This document shows, one piece after another, positions 57,260 through 64,000 of a DNA stretch of 64,000 nt. The stretch covers positions 4,099 through 68,098 of the forward strand of contig CAZZCN010000006.1 of the NCBI GenBank assembly GCA_964652975.1, in the 5' to 3' direction. The position numbers and the translations under genes are program-made. The DNA is from an uncultured Oscillospiraceae bacterium. Lineage in GTDB: Bacteria > Bacillota > Clostridia > Saccharofermentanales > UBA5734. The notes beneath the pieces are model-generated. The model did no database searches. It had not been told where the DNA came from and saw only the letters and a program-made list of their open reading frames with translations. Numbering within the stretch: position 1 is the stretch's first letter; each line of letters opens with the position of its first letter.

Positions 57260-60125
57260 CTAAATTCATGTTAAATTCTTGTCTTCTTGCCTTGATTTCA
57301 TTGTTGATTTTTTTATTCCATTCATAAAGAATTCCCCTTGGGTCACCGCCTGTTCCTACAGAATATCGCAAGGCTGTGCAGAGATATCTTCCTACAACAT
57401 AGCTTCCCGGCAGTTCCGGCAGACCTTTGACATAAGCCCTTTGCTCGTTCATGGTTTTCATTGTCCTGGCCGGCCACGAAAGCTCGGAAAAGGCCTCAAG
57501 ATTTGCAGTTGGCACTCTTCCTGACGGTCCTTGCAGTATCTCCATCTCTCTTGAATACTTGACCTGCATTTCTTTTGATGTCCACCACTTCAAAAACTCC
57601 CAGCTTTTGTCAGGCTGGCGTGTGTTTTTGAATATAACCGCTCCAGTTGTGCTTCCTACTTCACTGCAGTCAATGCTGCCATCGTCTTGCATGGTTCCTA
57701 AAATCTTAGCTACATCCCACATTCCTTTTATTTCAGGTGCGGATATGACAAGCTGGTTATAAAAAGTGACCGGAGCTATTACAATTGGTGCCTCCCCTGT
57801 GCGGAACCGGTTAAATGCATTCATTTTTTGCGTGATTTTATATTTGGTGTACAGATCTGTCCACTTCTCAAATGCGTTCAACCCCTTTTTTGTATTGACA
57901 AGGGTTTCGCTTTCTTCATCATTATAGAATTGTCCTTTTGACTGATATAAGAACATAAGGTATGTCTCTATGGTATCTTCGGTTATATTAGGAAGACCTA
58001 TGTCATAATAGTTTTTATGCAGCTGAAAAAGAATACTGTAAAGCTCCTCCCATGTCCTTGGGAGTTCGATCCCGAGTTCGTCAAGTATGTCCTTTCTGTA
58101 GAACATCATCATGAATGTCTGAGTCTCAGGCAATGCGTACAGATGTCCGTTCAACGCAAAATTCACATAAGAACTTTTGTCAAATCTTTTTAAAATCTCA
58201 TCTATATCCGAAAAGTTATTTAAATCATAGATGGCATTGCGGATTCCATAATTTACAGGCATGCTTCTGTCCTGCCCTAGTGCAACATCGGGACCCTTGC
58301 CGACTGCGACTGCTGGTAAAAGAACATCATTGTTAACAAGCCGGACATCGACACCGATCTTCTTTTTGCTGGTAAAGGAATTGTCGATCATATCCTTTAT
58401 AACCTGTGCCTGGTCGCGTCCGGTGTTCAGCCAGAGGGTTATGTTCTTGTCTTTGCTGTCAGCGGAGCCGAGGTTATTGTAATCGCTGAAAAAAGAATTG
58501 ATAAAGGAACGGAATTCATAGCCTGCTTTCTGCAAAAAGCTTTCGTTGGCTGTCGGTACGGCTGATTCGGGAGATGAAATCTGAATATAATCCAGTAATA
58601 ACGGCTGTTTGGTTGCCGATAATATAAAATTTGCAACTCCGCTTATGTTTGTCTCAAACGAGCCAAGACTTGTGGGAATTGTAGAACTGTCACCTGCAAA
58701 CTTATCAAGCTGTAAAAAAAGTTTTTGGAAGGTTATATAATTACTGCCTTTTCCGCCTGACTTGCCTGCTACTATATCAGCAATCTTTTTCAATCTTGCG
58801 CTTTCAGTTTTAAAAATACCCATGCATTCAGGGATCTGCTGTTCAATGAAATAATCGCGGTTAGGGTCGGGATAAAGACCGACAACCATTCTTATTTTAC
58901 GGGTTATCGAGTTCAGATTTTTTACGATTTCTCCTACTTCTATCAATATATCAGTCAGATACCCCAGGTTGTTTTCGAGTGAAATGGTATGATTACCTGC
59001 TGATAAGTAAAATTTATAAGGAGTCTTGTTTCCAGGTGTAACAATCTGCCATGCGTCATCGTATCCTACCTCGATCTGTTTTGCTTCGGTAAAAGGGATT
59101 TCACCATCTATATAAAAGCTTCTGGTTGATATGCTGTCATCAAGATAATTTTGCTTGCATCTCAAATTTATCTTGTATAATCCTGCATTCTCAACTGTAA
59201 ACTCCCATGTCAGTCTTTGTCTTGGATTGCTCCAATTAATTCCGCCTATAGTGTTAAGTTTTACGGTTGCAAGCGAATTTGGAATAGTTATTGGTGAGGA
59301 TCTGTCATTAAAAGGATATAGGGTCGGGTCGGACTTATATTTTGCATCCTCTCCCTGTAACTCGATTTTTACATTTTTTGCCACATCCTTGTAACCCATG
59401 ACATCCCACTTAGATAAAACATCCATATACCCGGACGGTTGAATTTTCTTAAATAATCTAATCTTGCTTATCGCCATAGGTTCATTGACGGCATTAAGTG
59501 TTATAGTGTTTTCCCCTTCTTTCAAGTAAAAAAGAAATGGCTCGTCGTAATACCCCTGATTGTCGGTAAACTGCCCGGTCATCCAAACTTGTTTTTCATT
59601 CTGTTCAGGCTTGAATTCATTGCCTTTGCCGTCCTTTACAACTGCCTGGGCATTTTGCCACAACCGCTGAAAAACAATGCTAGATGCTTCAGAAAAGGGA
59701 ATTGCTCCATTTATAAGTATTTCACGTTCAATAGGGTTGCCCTTGCCTTCGAGGGGGTAATAGTCTATCTCAATATTGTACAATCCGGGTGTTTTAACAG
59801 TTATACGATAGGTTACTGAACTTGATTCTCCTGTTGTTATAATGCCTTCGCCTTTTCCATCAAGATTGTCGATAATGCTAACGCCGCTGCTTTTCTCCCT
59901 GTCATAGCTCCGTCCTGAAACGATAATCGGTCGATCCGGTCTTAAGGCGCTGTTATGCTGCATTCTATAATCGGAATAATTGCCGATTATAATTGCACTG
60001 GGAACAGAGGCCTTTTTTATTATACCGGTACTATCCGTAGCATAGGCGCCCGGATAAATATCAGTGAATATAAATAAGCTAATTGTAAAACATATAATAA
60101 ATTTAAATAACCTTGATCGTATCAT
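57252..60125 (-). CDS. Giant extracellular solute-binding protein with a duplicated carbohydrate-binding-like N-terminal region
   Basis: 957 aa with a signal peptide. Two similar modules are present: YNIEIDYYPLEGKGNPIEREILINGAIPFSEA and YKINLRCKQNYLDDSISTRSFYIDGEIPFTEA. The C-terminal 450 aa or so form an SBP family-1-like domain. Confidence 0.7.
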   Translation of the reverse strand: MIRSRLFKFIICFTISLFIFTDIYPGAYATDSTGIIKKASVPSAIIIGNYSDYRMQHNSALRPDRPIIVSGRSYDREKSSGVSIIDNLDGKGEGIITTGESSSVTYRITVKTPGLYNIEIDYYPLEGKGNPIEREILINGAIPFSEASSIVFQRLWQNAQAVVKDGKGNEFKPEQNEKQVWMTGQFTDNQGYYDEPFLFYLKEGENTITLNAVNEPMAISKIRLFKKIQPSGYMDVLSKWDVMGYKDVAKNVKIELQGEDAKYKSDPTLYPFNDRSSPITIPNSLATVKLNTIGGINWSNPRQRLTWEFTVENAGLYKINLRCKQNYLDDSISTRSFYIDGEIPFTEAKQIEVGYDDAWQIVTPGNKTPYKFYLSAGNHTISLENNLGYLTDILIEVGEIVKNLNSITRKIRMVVGLYPDPNRDYFIEQQIPECMGIFKTESARLKKIADIVAGKSGGKGSNYITFQKLFLQLDKFAGDSSTIPTSLGSFETNISGVANFILSATKQPLLLDYIQISSPESAVPTANESFLQKAGYEFRSFINSFFSDYNNLGSADSKDKNITLWLNTGRDQAQVIKDMIDNSFTSKKKIGVDVRLVNNDVLLPAVAVGKGPDVALGQDRSMPVNYGIRNAIYDLNNFSDIDEILKRFDKSSYVNFALNGHLYALPETQTFMMMFYRKDILDELGIELPRTWEELYSILFQLHKNYYDIGLPNITEDTIETYLMFLYQSKGQFYNDEESETLVNTKKGLNAFEKWTDLYTKYKITQKMNAFNRFRTGEAPIVIAPVTFYNQLVISAPEIKGMWDVAKILGTMQDDGSIDCSEVGSTTGAVIFKNTRQPDKSWEFLKWWTSKEMQVKYSREMEILQGPSGRVPTANLEAFSELSWPARTMKTMNEQRAYVKGLPELPGSYVVGRYLCTALRYSVGTGGDPRGILYEWNKKINNEIKARRQEFNMNLGG

Positions 60126-60151
60126 TCAGACCATCCAATTCTTTTCTCACA

Positions 60152-61333
60152 TTAACCGTCAGACTTTATCCCCGCCCAGGCAAAATAATCAGACGGCACA
60201 ACTATCACTGCTGTCATTTCAGGTACAGATGCCACCTTGTGGAGATTTTTGTCCTTGTATTGATATATTGTCTGACTGTCTTCGCTGCGGTAATAGAAGT
60301 TCTCTAAATATCCATTTTTTAGAGCAATATACCCTTCTGTCATTTGTTGATAATACATCGGATTGAGATTTTCCTTTTCTCTGCCCGGTACTACTTCCTT
60401 TAGTATTACAGCTTCTATGCCGGTTTCCTCACAATGCTCGTTCCAGCCGGTAATTACAATAGTCTTTGGCTTACGCTTAACCGCCTCCAGCCAAGCATTT
60501 TGATATCGCTTGCCATTTTCTCTTGAGACAGGTTCATATTCGGTGCCCATATTGTTATGACTTCTTGACCAACCAGCAGTTATACCATAAATTTCGGACT
60601 GAGGATATTGAGTGTCAAAAACCCATCCAAACATACCGATGTTATCAAGATTATATTTTCTGATATATGGCGTGCCGAGTGAAGTCATTCCTGCTGCAGG
60701 TCTGATTGTAAATCTCTCGTCCTTGTAAGCAAAATTTATTGGGTTGTTAAAATTTACAAATAACGGTTTGCCGTTCCATATAAAATAGTTATCTTTATAC
60801 ATCCTTGAGTAGCCGTAAAAAATATCCATTTCCTTTTTCATAAGTTCCGCATTCTTTTCAATCAGAGGACGGCCTCCGGCAAAACAGAGCTTAGGTGCTT
60901 TTTCACCTAACTCGGAGGCAATCTCGAATCCATTGTCAATAGCTAATGCAAGTGCTCCATTGTCAACCATATGATAGTTTGTATCGTCATAAATAAGGTA
61001 GTCAATCCCTATACTTTTAAGATAAGTAAAATCCTTTTTTATTTTAACCTTATCATCTGATGAATAGTAGCCATCTACAACAGGCTTTGATCGTGATTCT
61101 ATATCCCAACGTTCTGGATACTCGTCGTCATGCTTTGAATAAAAAACTTCATACCAGGTTCCAACAACTGATGAGTAATATTGTTCGATTGTATCTTTTG
61201 CCGTCGAAGAGACTGCCTTGCTATCAGCAACCGGTTTACTGATCACCGAAGAAGGGGTGTTGTTGCATCCTGCAATAATTGTACATGATAAAAGAATTAT
61301 AGATATCAAGCCTTTGTTCTTAAATTCCGTCAT
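60152..61333 (-). CDS. Lipoprotein with GH99 / WbsX-like glycosidase motifs
   Basis: 393 aa with a lipobox (LLSCTIIAGC). VVDGYYSSDDKVKIKKDFTYLKSIGIDYLIYD resembles the GH99 PxxGxYxSxDxxVixxH...GID block. ITGWNEHCEETGIE aligns with the GH99 catalytic NEWHEGTQIE motif. Confidence 0.55.
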   Translation of the reverse strand: MTEFKNKGLISIILLSCTIIAGCNNTPSSVISKPVADSKAVSSTAKDTIEQYYSSVVGTWYEVFYSKHDDEYPERWDIESRSKPVVDGYYSSDDKVKIKKDFTYLKSIGIDYLIYDDTNYHMVDNGALALAIDNGFEIASELGEKAPKLCFAGGRPLIEKNAELMKKEMDIFYGYSRMYKDNYFIWNGKPLFVNFNNPINFAYKDERFTIRPAAGMTSLGTPYIRKYNLDNIGMFGWVFDTQYPQSEIYGITAGWSRSHNNMGTEYEPVSRENGKRYQNAWLEAVKRKPKTIVITGWNEHCEETGIEAVILKEVVPGREKENLNPMYYQQMTEGYIALKNGYLENFYYRSEDSQTIYQYKDKNLHKVASVPEMTAVIVVPSDYFAWAGIKSDG

Positions 61334-61366
61334 AAAAAACCTCGTTTAATTATTATTTTTGAAAAT

Positions 61367-62782
61367 TCAGTTTTTTGCATTTGCCTCCATTGTCATTTGA
61401 AGTATTTGTGCCTGGATTTTTGGTGTCACGCTTGTAATACCGGACTGTATATCAATTTTACCATCTGCGAGGGGGAACCAAAGCTCCGAATTCAATATGC
61501 TGCCTATTAAAAAGTTACCCAGATAGCTTGGCACATTATATTTATAGCCGGTAGTTAAAAACTCCTTGTTGTTTTCATAGATCTTCTCCATTCCGTTCCA
61601 TGCATCCACAGTGTAATAAATATCAAAAGCATCGCTTTTTTCGACTGCGAAGGATTTGCTTTTATCCCAAAGGCATAAATAATCTGCAAGCAGACTTGTC
61701 AGAGCCTTTTTGTCGAGTTTGGTCTGAGGGGTGATTGCATATACAATGTTCAAAGTTGGTGCGTGAAGATAATAATCCTTTGCATCGGGTCCTTTAGGGA
61801 AGAAAGTATAACCTAAATCGTCGGCATTCATACCCTTGTTGACACAAAGGGGACCATACTCTGCCAGATATGTAAAAAATGCAACTTTGTTATTATAGAA
61901 AAGACCAAACATCTCCATATCATCGGTAGTCCCTACTTTAGGCACAACCTTGTATGTTTTTACAAGGTCATACGCCCATTGTATAGCCCGCTTGTTCGGT
62001 TCGGTATCCAGATTGAATTTTGGCTTGTTAGGATTTGACTTGTCAATCAATGTCCCACCATTTGTAATAATCGCATTTTCAAAAAGATAGGTATCGTAAT
62101 ATCCCCATTGGTCGGTCTTTCCGTCACCGTTCGTATCCTTGGTCAGCTTCTTGCACATTTCAAGAAATTTATCCCATGTCCATTCATTTTTCTTGACAAG
62201 CTCGGCTGGATCAACGATATTTTCTTTTTTTAACAACGCCTTATTATACCATAGTCCACCGGTTGGTGTTTGTGCGCCCTCGAACAAGCCATATTTCTTA
62301 CCGGCCCACATGAGGTTTCCCTTAGGATCCGAGTCTTTCCAGTTAGGGTCGTTTTCAAATTCATAGTAGTCACTTAGAGGTGTAACCATGTTTTTTGAGA
62401 TAAAACTAGGGAATACATTATACCAGTAAGGCACCCAGATATCGCACTCGGCAGTTCCGGACAGTGCCGCTGCTGTCATTTTGATTACGGCTGATTGGTA
62501 ATCAACCTTCTGGAACTGGATTTTACAATTATATCGTTTTTCTACATCCTTCCAGCTTTGATATTGAATTGTGCTGCTTCTCGGAGCCGGATAGTGAGAC
62601 CAGAACTTTACAGTCTCCCCCTTTAGATCATAAACAGGTTTTTGATAATTCCCGCTTGTGTTCTTGCTGCCGGTGGAACTCGAATTTGAACCGCTATTTC
62701 CGGCACAGCCGCTCAAAACTGAAAAGCAAATAAATAATGCTGTAAGAAATGCTATTCCTCTGTAAGATTTTTTAATTGTCAT
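61367..62782 (-). CDS. ABC transporter substrate-binding lipoprotein (carbohydrate, SBP family 1)
   Basis: 471 aa with a lipobox (VLSGC) and a Ser/Gly/Asn linker. Its length and composition are typical of sugar SBPs. Confidence 0.8.
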   Translation of the reverse strand: MTIKKSYRGIAFLTALFICFSVLSGCAGNSGSNSSSTGSKNTSGNYQKPVYDLKGETVKFWSHYPAPRSSTIQYQSWKDVEKRYNCKIQFQKVDYQSAVIKMTAAALSGTAECDIWVPYWYNVFPSFISKNMVTPLSDYYEFENDPNWKDSDPKGNLMWAGKKYGLFEGAQTPTGGLWYNKALLKKENIVDPAELVKKNEWTWDKFLEMCKKLTKDTNGDGKTDQWGYYDTYLFENAIITNGGTLIDKSNPNKPKFNLDTEPNKRAIQWAYDLVKTYKVVPKVGTTDDMEMFGLFYNNKVAFFTYLAEYGPLCVNKGMNADDLGYTFFPKGPDAKDYYLHAPTLNIVYAITPQTKLDKKALTSLLADYLCLWDKSKSFAVEKSDAFDIYYTVDAWNGMEKIYENNKEFLTTGYKYNVPSYLGNFLIGSILNSELWFPLADGKIDIQSGITSVTPKIQAQILQMTMEANAKN

Positions 62783-62826
62783 AAGAATCCCTCTTTCTAT
62801 AAATTATATTTATGTCTTACTTATTT

Positions 62827-64000
62827 TCAAGTCTTGTCGGCTTGTTTTTGTTTTCGCTGTCTGATGAAAAAAGCCACGGCTCCGCTAAGTATCAAAGCTA
62901 TTGATGCCAATATTATCAGCAGAACAGAATTTGAGAAAAAACCTTTATTTGACAAATCTTCTGAAACAGCACTGTAATTGGAACTGCTGGCACTGCTTTG
63001 CGATAAAACTTCAGATCTTGGCTCTTCCAATTCTATAAACTCAGAGTCAACATATTTCATTTCATCGATAAAGTACTCCATGGTGATTGCCTTGCCTGTC
63101 GACTCCTCAAATGCAATTTCAATTGATTTAATAACTTGATCAGCTGGCAATTCAGCCTTAAAATACTGCCAGCCAAAATAAATCTGTTTGTTTTGAGGAA
63201 ACCCTCCGTATTCAATACAATCCGCACTCTTTTGAGGATACCTTCCTAAATCAAGTCTTTTACCTTCCGTAGTTATACCAATGACTCTCAATGAAGAACG
63301 GGGGTCGCCTTTCACCCGTGGATTGTTTGATGCGTTAAATATTTTAAAGCTGAATATACCACCTTTAACGCCCTTCTCTAAATCCTTTTTAATAGTTGCC
63401 TTGCTGGAGGCGTTTCCGTTTATCAGGTAATCGATATTTATATCAAGTGCTGAAGTACCGTTTAATATAAAAGCAGGATTATTTATGTCGCTTAATTGGT
63501 CGACAATGCCATAATCAGCTGACCAAACCATGGGATCCTCACCATCAAATACAACATTCGAAGCCTTTTCGGTGTTATTAAAACTAATATCATCAATTGT
63601 GCAATGGTTTACCCCCGGCCAGCTTGGATTGGGTATGGATGGATAATAGTTTTGATAATTGAGTACCGGATTTTCAATCTTATATATTTTTATCTCCATT
63701 TTCTCTATGTAAATACCGGCAGGCATGTCCTTTTCATAATGGAGCCAGCCCACTCCTGAATTAGGCATGTCCCTGTTACCGCTAAAAGGCATTCCCTCTT
63801 CATCAAACATTTTTCCAAGCGAATATGCTTTCCCGTCTTTATCATAGCCTACAGCTTCCAGTCCGAAAGACCCCTGTGCAAAATAATTGCTGAACCAAAA
63901 ATAAAAGCTGAACCGGCCACCTTTTAATGGCACTGGAAGGACCTTGAAAAGCGAATCCTCTGCTTTCCCGCCTCTGACTTTCGTGGGAACTCCATTTTTA
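62827..64000 (-). CDS. Surface protein with carbohydrate-binding-like domains and a C-terminal TM anchor (5' end outside the window)
   Basis: The frame stays open from 63933 to the window edge (KNGVPTKVRGGKAEDSLFKVLPVPLKGGRF...). The C-terminus has a Ser-rich linker, the TM helix VLLIILASIALILSGAVAFFI and an RQRKQKQADKT tail. There is no LPXTG motif. Confidence 0.6.
   Translation of the reverse strand, partial: KNGVPTKVRGGKAEDSLFKVLPVPLKGGRFSFYFWFSNYFAQGSFGLEAVGYDKDGKAYSLGKMFDEEGMPFSGNRDMPNSGVGWLHYEKDMPAGIYIEKMEIKIYKIENPVLNYQNYYPSIPNPSWPGVNHCTIDDISFNNTEKASNVVFDGEDPMVWSADYGIVDQLSDINNPAFILNGTSALDINIDYLINGNASSKATIKKDLEKGVKGGIFSFKIFNASNNPRVKGDPRSSLRVIGITTEGKRLDLGRYPQKSADCIEYGGFPQNKQIYFGWQYFKAELPADQVIKSIEIAFEESTGKAITMEYFIDEMKYVDSEFIELEEPRSEVLSQSSASSSNYSAVSEDLSNKGFFSNSVLLIILASIALILSGAVAFFIRQRKQKQADKT

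Overview
AT-rich chromosomal segment of Firmicutes/Clostridia type. It carries about 50 genes, almost all on the minus strand. I recognised no rRNA, tRNA, CRISPR array, transposase, integrase or phage genes.

Gene content, left to right:
- pepF, truncated at the window edge.
- A five-gene envelope cluster: ABC ATPase, ABC-2 permease, GldG-like protein, DUF4340 protein and a membrane-anchored beta-rich protein.
- NlpC/P60 hydrolase, a UMF1-type MFS transporter and an orphan rhamnulokinase-like kinase.
- A small membrane protein, then groES-groEL with a perfect CIRCE operator and a sigma-A promoter.
- cvpA, an LCP protein and galE.
- An AraC regulator, an atypical nucleosidase and a frameshifted SPL-type radical SAM gene.
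- A molybdenum-cofactor locus: MOSC, moaC, moaA, two moeA paralogues, mog/moaB and a decayed ABC-ATPase fragment.
- A URO-D family protein, actP with its DUF485 partner, and msrB.
- A repeat-rich zinc-ribbon membrane protein and a UbiA/MenA-like prenyltransferase.
- A NitT/TauT-type ABC importer and a RIC di-iron protein.
- A LacI-flanked pair: a DUF3604-like metallohydrolase and a 971-aa glycosidase-like protein.
- A co-directional glycan operon of more than 17.7 kb that runs off the right edge. It holds GH38, a GH99/WbsX-like lipoprotein, two ABC permease pairs, three SBP-type proteins and an NHL/TPR - Yip1 - DUF5696-like triad.

Best candidates for undescribed biology:
1. The NHL/TPR - Yip1 - DUF5696-like surface module embedded between two transporters.
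2. The AraC / nucleosidase / SPL-like radical SAM cassette.
3. The Firmicutes GldG-type ABC envelope cluster.
4. Unexplained non-coding structure: a roughly 100-bp element present twice on opposite strands, and three separate intergenic tandem-repeat arrays (40 bp x3, 30 bp x4, 15 bp x5).

All family calls come from motif recognition by eye. No database search was run.
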